64,000 nucleotides of DNA, taken from positions 5,997,029 to 6,061,028 of the forward strand of contig CAVNZM010000016.1 of assembly GCA_963693365.1 (NCBI GenBank). The letters run 5' to 3'. A program made the translations under genes and the position numbers. The stretch is from Amoebidium appalachense. Lineage: Eukaryota > Protista > Ichthyosporea. Below the pieces are notes generated by a model, which was given only the letters and a program-made list of their open reading frames with translations, did not search any database and was not told where the DNA came from. Of the stretch, positions 41,817 to 55,518 are shown in pieces; position 1 is the stretch's first letter, and the number at the start of each line of letters is the position of its first letter.

Positions 41817-44454
41817 TTATCTGGTCTTTACACGCACGGTCTCTAGAGGTAGGAAGCGATCGGGTTGGGTGGTAGTTGTGGTCTCACTTTTGTTTTGGAG
41901 GGGGGGGAGGGGGGAAGGGGGGAGGGTGGGGGAGGGGGGGAGGGGGGGGGGGGGGGAGTGGGGGGGAGGGGGAGGGGGGGCAGGGGGAGGTGCGTGTGGG
42001 GATGGGGAAGAGAGGGGCATAGAGGAGAGGGGAAAAGGGGGGAAGAAACCAACCAGAGAATGTTCATGCAGTGTCGGCTCGGAGTGGGGGCGGCCCGTGT
42101 GTTCAGCTGACAGACCAACCACCTCACTGGTAAAGTCCATCTCAACTACAAATTCCGAAATGTGGGTGGGTATAGGGTGAGCCCACGTTAGACGCCTAGT
42201 GGTCGTGGTGGGGAAGGCGGCTCGAAATTCCGCGGCGAGAGAATCGAGTTCCCCTGGGGGAGCGACAGAAAATTTGTTGTGCTGGGGGGAAACGGGAGGG
42301 GGGGAATGGAGAAATCCTGAGCCGGAGGAAGTAGGGGATAGGTGGGGCGTCTCGGCGGGAGAGAGAGTGGAAGGACTCCCGGCGTCGTTGTGTCGATATG
42401 CACCAGAGGGGTGGAGAAATGAAAGCCCGGTTGTTGAAGACTGAAAGGCCCGAAAATTCAGCAAATTGGCGGGGGTGTTTGCCGAACCAACTGCAAACTG
42501 ATCGAGAGGGGGGTTCAAGGCCGGAAGAATATCTCGCATTTTCTGTATTTTCCCGTCGTTGGATATACCCACAGGGCCCCCCTGTGCAGGGAGTGCATGT
42601 GACCAACCCTTAAACTCCATCGCTCCGAGTGCGCTCCCCGTAGACATTCTTCTCGGGTAGGGGGTCTTTTGAAAGTTCACGAAATTTCCGTCCCCAGGTG
42701 TACCACTTCCCCTCCACGACCACTTTAGTGCTGAGCCCCCCCCATTTGCAGCCTGCCAAGGGTGGGCGCGGTGGTTGTGCACCGAGTCCAGGGGGACCAC
42801 ATATGGTTCGACAAATTTCTTGTGCACACGGGCAGAATATGTGGCTCCCCCCATACCCATGGTCTGGCGGATGTGCTGGGTCCACACGTGACGCTCAATA
42901 TTGTTCATCTGTGACCGGAAATAATAAGTTAGCATCGCTATAATAGGTGCAACCTCCACTCTTGAATGCATATATTCTAGTCTTTCGGAACTTGCAGTGT
43001 GTGTGTGTGTGTTTTGTGCCAATGTAAGGGGTGCGCGCGTGTGGGGAAGGGGGGGGAAGGGGGAGAAGAGGGAGGGAAGAGGGGAACCTTGATGTAAGCG
43101 GGAAGGGGGCCAGGGGGAGAGGTGACATAGATGTTAGGATAGTAGGGTGAAAAAAAAAATAACACTATGGCAGGTGGTTAAGCAACCAAGGCAATGCAAG
43201 TGTGTGCCCACGCATGTGGTGATGGAAGGCGGGGGGTGGAAGAAGACGGACTCTTGTGCCCATCTCTCTCTTTGTGTGTGTATATCCGTCTGTGTCTCTC
43301 TCTCGGTGTGTGTATCTGTCTGCATGTGTGCGTGCGTGAGTGCGTGCGTGAGTGTGTGTATTTGTGTGCGTCCGTGTGTGCATCCGTGCGTAGGTGTGCA
43401 TGTATGTGTGCGCACGCGCATGTGTGTACATCGTGTGTTTGTGTATGTGTGTCCGTGTGTGTGTGCAGGTATGTGAGCATGCAAACGTACACCCCGGTGT
43501 GTGTGTGTCAGTGTGCAAGTGTGTGTGGGAAGATGGGACGATGCAAACCGGAAACTAGCAGACTAAAGGGGAAAAGAGTACAAAAAGTCATGGTCTTTAC
43601 GAGGCAGCAAGTGGAAAAAGAGGAAGAAGGGCGGGGAGGACATAGAGGGGGCCTGGTGGGTAGTCTACAATAAAGGAGTAGGGGCATTTTTAGGGTGGGA
43701 GGGGGGGTAGAAAGGCACATGATCACGACCTTTCCAATGAACCACCACACCATTTACCCCTCCCCCCCCCCCCCCCCCCCCCCTCCCCCTGCGCCCCCTC
43801 CCCCCCCCCCCCCCCTCCCTCCCCCCTTTTTTTTTTAACTCACGAAACCACATTAAATCACCATGTACATCCCTAAACTAGCGCCTAGCAGGTGGCCGAT
43901 TTGTAACAGTTGGTGCACAGATTATCTCAACCGCTAAGCTCTCTCTCTCTATGTCAACCTCTAAGCTCTCAATAACTACCTTCATTTTACTGTTTTGATT
44001 CTCTCACTACTAATTTTAATACCCCCCTCTTCCCACCCATAGCCACCCAGAAGCACCTACCCACCCACTCGCCACCACCACAACCACAACAACAACAATT
44101 ACAACGACCACCACCACCACGTCTTTCTCCTCCACCTCCACACCAGCGCCCTAAACCACCCACTTATACACGCACACTAACTGTATTCCAACCACCACCA
44201 CACCATCTACCACCACTAACAAACGGAATGATTCCCACCTTGTTTGGCCGTGATGTTCTGCAGTCCGCATACACACACGTGTACTGTCTGCGCCTACTAC
44301 CCGCCTGTCCGCTGTACACCTCATTGTCCCCATCATCCATGTCCTCCGCCTTTACCTGTGCCTGTGCCTGTGCCTGTGCTACGGACAGAGACGCTTCCTG
44401 TGATGCACTGGAAAGAACCAGCATCACGCCGTCGTTGGAGTGTGGGGGCAACAT
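41817..44454 (-). CDS. Hypothetical protein (orphan; possible helical domain followed by S/P-rich region)
   Basis: Exon from 44454 (MLPPHSND...RRRQYT) joins in phase 2 to an open exon of about 940 nt (about 42990-42054: SERLEYMHSRVEVAPIIAMLTYYF...). The 3' end is uncertain. Confidence 0.6.
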
Positions 44455-45119
44455 GGTGCATGCATGTAGCAAGCTTGCTTAGGTCTACGCTAGGGGTAAT
44501 TATGCGTGCTGAAATATACGCTAAAGGTCCTGTAGTGTATGAATGTGTCGCCTTGAACGTTGTCCCCTTATGCCTGTGTTGTGCATTGGGAACGAAAAGG
44601 TAGCTATGGTTGTTGGTTTTTCAAGCAGTTGCTGCCGACCGATTATATTTAAACCCTAATCAAAGCACTACTTATCAGGGATGAAAGTTAGCATTCAAAG
44701 TGTGCAACGGGCTGTGGTAAGGCCCTGCGAGTGCGAGGGGTAAAGAACTGGAACCGCCACCCAACAAAGCCGAACCAGTGACGGCTGCACAAAGCCGAAC
44801 GCCAACAAAAGCCAACAAACAGTTCATAAGGCATTTGTTGAGTCTGTTATCTGTAAATGACAAGTAACCAATCAAATGCTGTCCTACATTCTTCAGAATC
44901 AACATCGTTGAGCCAAACTGTGCAGAGTTGTAGTCACTGGAGACCAGAGTGATCGACCTTGACTGAGGATCCTCTAATCAGTACTCCTATTTGTAGTATT
45001 CTAATGCAGTCTCATAGTTGTTTTTGGGCTTATTAAACCCATTTATTATGCTAGATAATTCTCGTTCTAGATTTCGTAAACCCCACGGGGTTGCAAATAT
45101 TTAAGCCCTGGCCTGCAAA

Positions 45120-45275
45120 ATACACCAATCAGCGCAAGCAGCTTCTTGCCGGCTATTGCCACAAGTAGCGTAATCCAGCAGGGCTGATGATTGGTCAGCA
45201 CGAACTGGAGTTAAGGCCACCAATCAAAATTCAGAATTCTCCAATTAGGCTATTGGTCAGCTAGGCCCAATAAAA
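45120..45275. promoter_or_regulatory. CCAAT-box cluster, probable promoter of the 41.8-44.5 kb gene
   Basis: Six CCAAT/ATTGG motifs within about 150 bp of repeat-free intergenic DNA. Confidence 0.45.
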
Positions 45276-45586
45276 CATTCCTGGGCTCTGTGGTGTGGAA
45301 AAAAAACGGAAATGACCCCGGTCGTGATGAGTCCCTGCAAAAAAGCCACCAGGGTCCTGCGTCGCTGAGTCAGCACATATATGCACTGTGTGCGTCAGCA
45401 CGTGCACGTGCTTTTCTCTGCCACAGTATGTCTACGTACGTGCACACGTGTGCATGTTAGCAAAGTGGTGCTAACTAACCCCACCGAACACACACACGAG
45501 ATCGAGCTCGCCACGGTGTGTACGTGCCCGGATACAGACGCGGAAGCAAAACCCACCACACACACACACCGTGACACACACACACA

Positions 45587-45633
<47 letters not shown>

Positions 45634-45769
45634 CCACACACACGTGCACACACATGTAGTAACACACACGCAGGTACGCACGGACACACGCACATACGCA
45701 CATGCACGCCCAGACTTGTGCAAGGCACGCAGGCAGGCACGTGCACGCCCGCACGAATGCCACACAGAA

Positions 45770-45800
<31 letters not shown>

Positions 45801-46224
45801 CGAACACACACACACACAGTGCGTGTCCTGGCATAACAGGGCCGCCCACACACAGTGCCATTAGCCTGCCACCCGACCCACACAAGACTGAAGACGATGA
45901 AAATTCACATCCGATTCCACATTTCCATGTTTGAAAAAACTCCTCGGGGGAGGCAATCACGAATCATTTATGAACCATGTTAGGTGCTGCCTGTGGCACC
46001 CAGTAATCGGTGTTTCTTAGTCTTATGTTTTCGAAATGTATTTCTGCAAGCACGCATGTTGTAGTGCGGTAACAACACAGTTGCTACGAAAAACCCTACA
46101 TGAGATAAAACATATATCCCCCACGAGATATAATACCTCGGGTGGGTGCCCAACTTCGAGACGAACAAATTTTTATAAAAATGGCTAACTTGTGACCCCT
46201 GTATTTAGTAAATATCTACTTGGG

Positions 46225-46261
<37 letters not shown>

Positions 46262-46569
46262 CGTTTTCTGTTGACCTTGACCGCAATCAGCCGTGGCTTA
46301 CTAAATCTCATCTGCCCCCGAAATAACAATAAAAAACAAAACAACAAAACAAAAATACCGTAATACCTAAATAAGACGTGTAATTATGTAATTTGAGAGA
46401 TATATCAGGTGGCAAGCACCAGGCCATAGGTGCCACACATGTGTATAGAAAACATTCAATCAAAATCTCAACGGTGCTACTATCGTAGGTTTTACAAACC
46501 CTTACGTCACATGGAATTGATCATTGCTGGAAGCCGGATCCGGAACGAGGAGTGTTGATCACTTGGCGC

Positions 46570-46751
46570 TTATGACCGGAAAGAAGGCCTGCAAGAGGGG
46601 GGGGGGGAGGGGAGGGGGGGGGGGGGGGGGGGTTAGAATGTGTCAATGAGTATGAAGTACACATTCACGATGGAACACAACACAGAGTTCGCAAAGCACA
46701 TGCAAGAGTATGCATTCACAAGCAAGGCCCATTCTTCGAGGGAGGGGGGAA

Positions 46752-46791
<40 letters not shown>

Positions 46792-46825
46792 GGGGTGAGA
46801 GGGAGAGAGAGAGAGAAAGGGGAAA

Positions 46826-46856
<31 letters not shown>

Positions 46857-47141
46857 GAATGCATCATAAAGTACGAAGTACACAAGAACAACGGATAACA
46901 CGATGCAGAATGCAAACCATACATGTATAAGAGTATGCATAATAAGCAGAGCCCATCCTCAGGGGGGGCCCACGTCATCCACAGTGCCCGAGTTTCGACC
47001 CACTCACGTCGTTAACGAAACCCAAGTCAGATACTGTTTCACTTGAACATGGGTGGGTCACCACCCGTCTTGATCAGAGACGAGGGGAACCGGAAGGGAG
47101 GGGGGGGGGGGAGGGGGGGAGGGAGGGGGAGAGAGCGAGAG

Positions 47142-47230
<89 letters not shown>

Positions 47231-47414
47231 CTATACAGCACGAAACACACGACGAACAGTGGAAAAGTGCAAAAATTGAGCACACCAGATGGTGTGATGC
47301 CCGGAGTTGGGAGTCAGTTCGCACATGGTAAATTCTTTCACACAATACACGCAGAACATATGCGGGCAGGAGGGAGTAGGGCTTTTTTTTTTTTCTTTTT
47401 CTTTTCTTTTTTTT

Positions 47415-47470
<56 letters not shown>

Positions 47471-47647
47471 TATACTTCTTGCGGCCGAGCTTGCCGCGCT
47501 CAGCGGGCTTCATGGACTCCTCTGCAATTTTGCGGATTTTCTCGGCCATAACGTCCTGAAAGAAAAAAAAAAACAACGAAAAACGTGAGCATGTGTGCAG
47601 TTAGCGCATGAGCACAAAGCGGCAGGTAGTCACGCACACACTGGGGA

Positions 47648-47686
<39 letters not shown>

Positions 47687-47874
47687 TGCATCACAGCGTA
47701 GAAAACACACATTTATGACGGATGACACGAGTCAAATTTGAACAAAAGAGAACACACGCAGTGTTCTCCCTAAAACAGAACCCACGGCGGCGGCAGCGCC
47801 CGGGGAGGAAGGGGGGGGGGGGGGGGGGGGGGGGAGGGGGGGGGGGGGAGAGAGAGAGAGAGAGAGAGGGGGGG

Positions 47875-47936
<62 letters not shown>

Positions 47937-47958
47937 GAGGGGGGGGGGGGGGGGGGGG

Positions 47959-47999
<41 letters not shown>

Positions 48000-48328
48000 G
48001 GGGGGGGGGAGGTAATGGAATCTGGACTCACGTTAATCTGGTTCTTCTTGTCAATAGTAACCTCCAGTGTCTGGATTTGTTGTGCCTGCATATTGCACAA
48101 CCCTTCGTTAGTCCCAACATACTCCTACTATATCCCCCCCCCCCCCCCCCCCCCCCCCCCAACCCTTCGGGCCTTTTCTCCGCATACTCCCCAGCACAGG
48201 CGCTTACAAGATGGTTGATGAATTTGTTTATTACCAGAATTAACATTTCTGTTGCAGTATTCAGTATGCACAGTGAACTGAGCCAGCTGTGTGGTGGCGG
48301 CGATAGGAATGATGTGCTCGTGCTATTT

Positions 48329-48392
<64 letters not shown>

Positions 48393-48867
48393 GGGGGGGT
48401 ATGCACTTCGTACCTGCTTCTTGCACTTCTCAATCATAAGCTCCAACAGTCTCTTGATGTTAGCAATAGCGTCCTGTAACCCAATCATGTGCAAGGGTTA
48501 AAAATATGACCTACATGCTTAGATGGATTTAGAAGCAAAATCACATCACACGGTGTCATGCATGCCTGTTTGTGTGTCCGTCCGCCTGGGTGCGGGAAGA
48601 GGGGAGGGAGGATGGTAGAACGCAGTGAAGGGGGGAGGGAAAAAATGGTGTGAGAAAGTAACGAGAGATATGAGAGAGAGAAGAGAGGGAGAGAGGGGCG
48701 GAAGGGGCAGGGGAGGAGGGGGGGATAGGGAAAGGGTCAGAACACAAACACAAATGAACACACACAACATAGCGAACAGTCCTCAAGAAAGTTCGTGCAT
48801 AGACACGAAAAGCGGCCATCTCCCCCCCTTCCCCAGGGAGCAACCCGATCCCCACCCCCCATTTCAT

Positions 48868-48931
<64 letters not shown>

Positions 48932-48980
48932 ATATTGGGTGGGTGGGTGGGTGGGAAGGTGAAAGGGTGGGTGGGGGTGA

Positions 48981-49012
<32 letters not shown>

Positions 49013-50205
49013 CTTCCACACGTACTTCGGCATTAGCCTGGCCCTCCCCAAGGTAGTCAGCGACAGATCGGTTCAGATCTGCAATGCACATGTCGGTCAG
49101 TTAGAAGATTCTCCAGCACACACACTAATTACATGTGCATGGCTGTATGTGTGCTGTTAAATGCAATTTAAGTATTTCAAAACCGTAGTTTGAAAGCTAT
49201 GCAAATCCTAAACGGGGAACCAGCGGCAGCGGTTGATTAGGTGGATGTTGAAGGGACGGCTAATGCAAGGTAAATGGTGTGTGTGTGTGTGTGCGCGCGT
49301 GCGTGTGTGATTGTGTGTGTGTGTGTGTGGTGTACAGTGTCGTGTGTGTGAAGTGTGTTTACGTGTGTTTGCCTACTGTGTGTGTGTTCAAGTACATAGA
49401 ACATACACAGGCAAAAGTACAGCAACACCACATGAATGCACCCACCGTCAATGCGTTTCTTCTCCTCTGCCTTGTGTCTTGTGAACTCGGTCCTCTTAGC
49501 ATTGAGTGCCTCCTCGAACTTCTTCAGCAGCTGTGTCTGTGCATCCAGGTTGTTCTTCAACGACTCAAGCTCGTCTGCTCAAAGAAAAAAAAAAAAAGGA
49601 AAGGGGAAGGAGGGAGAGGGAAAGAGGAGGGGGGGGGGGGGGGAGGGGGGGGGGGGGAGGAGGGAGAGTTAGAGTGTGGTACACGAAACGGCGTACATTC
49701 CACACTGACGACGTAACACAGGGAAGGTGGATGAGGTGCAGGTTTCTACACAAGCATCGAGAGAATCGGCCCGCCGCAAAAAGTCCGACGTTAACGCGTT
49801 GAGAAGGTTAATCTCGACTTGTGTGTCAGTTTTCGTGTTTTCGTGGGCAGTTGTGTGTGCACAAGGGAGCACATGTATGTACTGTTTGCACGGTGGGAAC
49901 GTGTATGTACTGTTTGCACAAGGGGCACATGTATGTACTGTTTGCACATTGAACACATGTACTTATTGTTTGCACTACGGGCACATGTATGTACCGTTTG
50001 CACTAGGGGCACATATATGTACTGTTTGTATGTACGGTGTCCAGATTCATGTACTGTTTGCATTGTGGGCACATACCCTCGCATGGTGTTGGCAGCACGG
50101 ACTCTGCCTTGACCTCCTTTGCTGCCTTTGCAAGCACCTCAGACGACTTGGCCAGATACTGCATATGTTCCCTAACGGTTAGTCCCGTGCAAACCAGAAA
50201 CAAAG

Positions 50206-50248
<43 letters not shown>

Positions 50249-50727
50249 ATTGCCATGTAAACAGAAAAGAACACTCCTCCCACCTACACCCACCACCACC
50301 ACCACCATTCTTCCAGTCTTGCTGTATTGAGTAATACAGGAGGAGTTTCCTTCCTCTCCGTTTCTTGTCTGTCAACACTATGCTCAAGGATGCACCATGC
50401 CCCCCCCCCCCCCCCCCCCCCGCCATCCCGTACCCCCGCCCTCCCCACCCACCCAAACACACAATCAGACCCCCCCCCCCCCCCCCAACAACAACACACA
50501 CACACGTGTGATTCACACGTGCAAACCAAGAACATACAAAACAAGCCAAGCACGAACCTCAGCAATGTTCTTTGCCTTCTGGGCTGCAGCCTCCTCAGTC
50601 ATCTTTAGGTCTGCCTCCATCTGCCCCAGGTCTGACCCCTTGCCGTGGATCAACTCTGCGGCGGGCAGAGTGAGTTAGAAAGGAAAAAAGGGTGTGTTTA
50701 TGTGTTGGGCGGCTGCGGGGGGAGGGG

Positions 50728-50762
<35 letters not shown>

Positions 50763-51793
50763 GGGCGGCGTCGGCGGGGGGGAGGGAAGAGGGAGGGGGG
50801 GGTAAGAATGTGGTACAGAGCAAGGCGTACACATTCATGACGGGCAACAAAATGCAGACTGCAAAGGGGTAGACATTGTAAGCATGTTTCATATGCAGTG
50901 CCATCTTCAGGAAGCAAGAAGGGGGGAGGGGGGATGGGAGGATGCAGTACGCTGCGTGACACTCACACCAGCAGTTTGGGGAAATAGTGCATGGCACTGT
51001 GTGTGCGTGTGTGTGCGTGTGTGTGTTCTACGTGGTAGGAGGGGATTGGCTCACGTTTGAGCTGGTCGTTGGCGCTGTTGAGGTTTGCAATGCTACCCTC
51101 GAGGTTGAAGATGGTGTCCTTGTTCTGTGGTTGTTGTGTTTGTGTGAGAAAACATACCCCAAATGCCATCATTACTGTAGAGCATACTTGGGTAACGCAA
51201 CACCAAATGTGTTTGGTCTCAATCATCAACCGAAAACTCTGAGAAGCACCAGTCAATGATTATATATGGTCCTTTTTTTACCCAAACGCCTCAATTTCTC
51301 TCACTATCAATCCACTTGAAGATGTGTGTGTGTGTGTGTGTGTGCGTGCGCGCACGCGCGTCCGCGCACTCGTGCGCGTGTATGTGTGCATGTTAGCATG
51401 TGTGCATGTGCTTGTGTATATGTGTGTTTCTGAGGTTGGGTTTACCTCAGAGATGATCTTAGCCTTCTCCTCCTCCATCTTCTCCTTCTCCTGTTGGGCC
51501 GCAGTCATCTCTGAAATCTTGGCTGCTAGCTCCTTCTCCTTGGCTGCAACAGAAACATAGCATCAGTTTCCTGGCGGGAATACTGCTCTTGCATACATAC
51601 TAGGGATAGTTCAAAAAAGTGCAGTCGGTATCGGGATGGGGTATATGATAGCTATGAGCATAGCAGTACTTCAAGAAACTGTCCGAGAGGGGGGGGGGGG
51701 AGGGGGGACGGAATGATGTAAACAGAGCTAATGTCAATCTATTTCTTGGTTGAGTTCTACAAGATGGGGGCACACACACACACCAACTACTAA

Positions 51794-51836
<43 letters not shown>

Positions 51837-52235
51837 ACCCACCTAACTAGGTGCTCCAACCCCCCCCCCCCTCCCCCTGTCCTCGCCCCACCCATATCCC
51901 CACACACTCTCACACCCACACCACCCCCTCACACACACACGCACCAGCAATTGCGGCAGTCAGGTCGGCAATCTCGCTGGCCTTGCTGACGACCAGCTGG
52001 TCGTACTCACTGGTCTTGGCTGCAAGCTCATTGCTCTTGCTGCTGATGCTGGCCTCTGTGCACAAAAAAACAAAGCAAAACATGAGCACACAACATGTAC
52101 CCACCTGCAGCTACAAATTGAACATGCAATATACCCCCCTCCCCCCCCTCCCCCCCCCCCCCCCTTCTCCGCCCTCACACACCCACGCACTTGGATCTTC
52201 TCGTAAGCACACAGCATCCGTCAATAATACCCCCC

Positions 52236-52266
<31 letters not shown>

Positions 52267-53244
52267 AAACCATCTCTCTCCCATTAGCTTCCAATTTCAA
52301 CCCCTCAGCCCCTTCTCCTCCCGACAACGTCAACCTTTCCTAATCAAGAGAACGACCACCCCATCATCCGTCAAGGCAGTGCTACGACCCTAAACTCGTA
52401 AAGGCAGTTCAGGTTTTCTTAGGTTCACACATAAGCTAACACATTTAGAACATGTGTAAACCGGTAAATAGTAGTCACAAGATGGACCCCACTGCCAAGG
52501 CATTCACCACATGCTAACTGTAGTTTTGGTCATTTTAATCATGCAGAACGTAGCTCAAACATTGACAAGAAGCACACGGTGAATTCACGCACCCAGCATA
52601 GCCTTTCTCTTCTTGAGCTCCGCAATGTCTGCCTCCAGGTACCCAATCTTAGTCTTGAGGATGGCCCGGTGCTCCTCACAGTCACGAAGCTGCACACAGG
52701 CCAAAAAAAATAAGCACAATCACCAGTGACCACAAATTTCTGTCTGGGTTTTCAAGTACAGAATTGCTATGGGAACACAGGAGGGGAAGGGAAACCCTAG
52801 GGGAGAATGATCGGAAAATGAGAAAGACGTGAGTGGCTTTCAGACATGACAAAGGTGTTTCTTTCTTTACTTTCTTTCTTCTTTAGTTTGGGTTTTTTTT
52901 TTTTTTTTTTTTTTTTTTTGTTTTAAAAGGGGTTGCCCGGTGCTCCTCACAGTCACAAAGCTGCACACAGGCCAAAAAGATCAGCACAATGACCTGTTAA
53001 ACCACAAATTCCTGTCTGGATTTCCAAGTACGGAATTGCTATGGGAGTGCAGGAGGGAGGAGGTAGGGCATCCTTGGGAGAATGATATGCAAATGAGGAA
53101 AACACTGGTGGCTTTTAGAGATGGCTAAGGTGTTTTTCTTTTCTTTCTTCCTTTTCTCCTGAGGACGGAAAGAAGGGACGGGGGCAGTGTGGGGTGGGTG
53201 AGGTGGGGTGATGGTGGTGGTGGTGCTTGGTGGGTGGGTGGGGT

Positions 53245-53285
<41 letters not shown>

Positions 53286-53961
53286 GGGGGGGGCATCCGA
53301 TGTATTACCTTGACTCGCAGGCCATCAAGCTGGGAGAAGAGTGTGGTGATCTCGGCCTCACCGGGCAGGCGAATGGCTGCAAGTCAAATTGATATCACAT
53401 GTCAGTCAAAGAAACATAAATGCAGGTATCTGCCAATCAAAAAGAGCCACGGCAAGTATAGTTGAAATACTTCTCTAAACAAGCTTCAATAAAACGATTA
53501 AAAAAGTAGGAATCTATAGCCACAAGTACTATACATATTGATAAGAAAAAACAAACAAACAAAAAAAACTCCAATAAAGAAAGCGTAATCAGAACAGACA
53601 TACATGGGGTCTCTATGCCACGTATCGTCAGGAAAATTATACATCAATAGACACAAGTACACTGTATATGGGTAATAAAAACCACGAAAACCCCCACAAA
53701 AACCTTCCATAGAACACACTTACAAGGGTGCTCGAAGAAAAGGGCAGCAACAAATGCCGTGTTTGCATCCTCCTTTGCTGCGGCCATGTCTGTGGCACTG
53801 ATGCCTGCCGTCTTGACGTTGACCTTGCCGGCCCACTCCACAAGCTTACTGGCCCTCTGCACCAGAAATGACATATGATCAGAAAGAAGGGACATCAAAC
53901 AGAACAAAAGGGAGGGGTGGCACAAAGGGCATGACAGACGCGTGCAACGGCATGGGGAGGG

Positions 53962-54002
<41 letters not shown>

Positions 54003-54191
54003 GGGGTGGGTGGGTGGGTGTTGAGGTTTGGGGGGGAGGGGGGGGGGGGGGGGGGGGGAGGGTGGTGAGGGAGGGGAAGGGGAATTCATATGCATGGTAT
54101 CACATTGTACAAGACAAAAAAAGACCAAAAAAAAAAAGGAAAAAACCTGACAAAAGTCAGGCAGAGCAGGGATCAAACCTGCTGTTGTCCC

Positions 54192-54265
<74 letters not shown>

Positions 54266-54487
54266 CGCCTGCACACGTGTGTACAGATGCATGTGCCCCA
54301 TGTGTGTTCGTGGTCGTGATGCTAAGGGGAGAGCGAGAAAAAAGGTTTGGCATGGGGTTGGGGGGGAAGGGGAGGCTGGAATACAAACGTACACACCACA
54401 AGCACAGATTACCGTGGAACTTAGAACAAATATCGTGAGCAAGTGTAAAAAACGGAAGTTCCATTTTGCAGCCCCTACGCGCGGTGG

Positions 54488-54528
<41 letters not shown>

Positions 54529-54959
54529 TTGTGGGGGGTGAGGGGGGGGGGGGGGGGGGGGAGGGAGGTTATATTGCATGGTCCAGGATACAGGAAAACA
54601 TCGTTATTGGTTGGGGTGGGGAGGTTGTGTCAGGACTAACATGAGCACACTAAGGTTTGCCATGGCCCCCCCCCCCCCCCCTCCCCCCTCCGCTCTCTTC
54701 CCCCCTCCCCCCCCCCCCCCCCTTCTCCCAAAGCATCCCATCCTCCCTCCTGCCCAGGCACACCCAGCTGAAATTTCAAAACAAAGCACACCCACCTCCT
54801 CAAGGCTCTCTGTTGAAAGCACATCATCAATGCCCTCGGTCTGCTTAGGGAGGATCTGTTTGGAGAGGTAAGATGCACGTTAGCCTGATATTATACAGAT
54901 CAGCAAACAATGCAATGCAACTAGGTCGACACTTTTCAGTTTTAACCTCCAAAATCAGC

Positions 54960-54990
<31 letters not shown>

Positions 54991-55485
54991 AAAATCTCTT
55001 GCTGAGGTATCTCTACACCTTCTCTTTTTACTCCAGTTTATCCCGATTTAGAGTTTAGGTCAGTGTTTACCTATGTCCGATGTGTGTGCAGGGACGTTGA
55101 ATAGTTCCATTGAGTCTTCTAGGGCTCTCAAATGTTTTTTGTCCTCTCAAAGGGAAAGAGATGTGGAATAGGGCCGTTCCTCTCGCTGGATGGGGAGGGG
55201 GGGGGGGGGGGGGGGGAGGGAGGGGAGGGGGGAGGGGGGGGGGGGGGGGTAAAGAATGTGTTGCAGAAGGGAGGAAGACGGGGCGAGGGGGGATTGGGGG
55301 GAAGAGGGGAGAAGGGGGGTACGTGCCTGCTTGAGAACCTTGACGTAGACTGTGCCATCCTTCAGATCTTCTCCGAAGTTTGCGATGCGGGTCTCGTGCT
55401 TACCCTGTATGCACTCGGTTAAGAAACATCACATGGCTTATGCTACTTGTATCTTGGGGCATACCTATTTTTGTTTTGAGCCCCC

Positions 55486-55518
<33 letters not shown>

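Noticed and set aside
45320-45372. gtgatga...ctga box C/D-like pair
   Set aside because: Too short, no convincing terminal stem, no recognisable rRNA guide, and a single copy.
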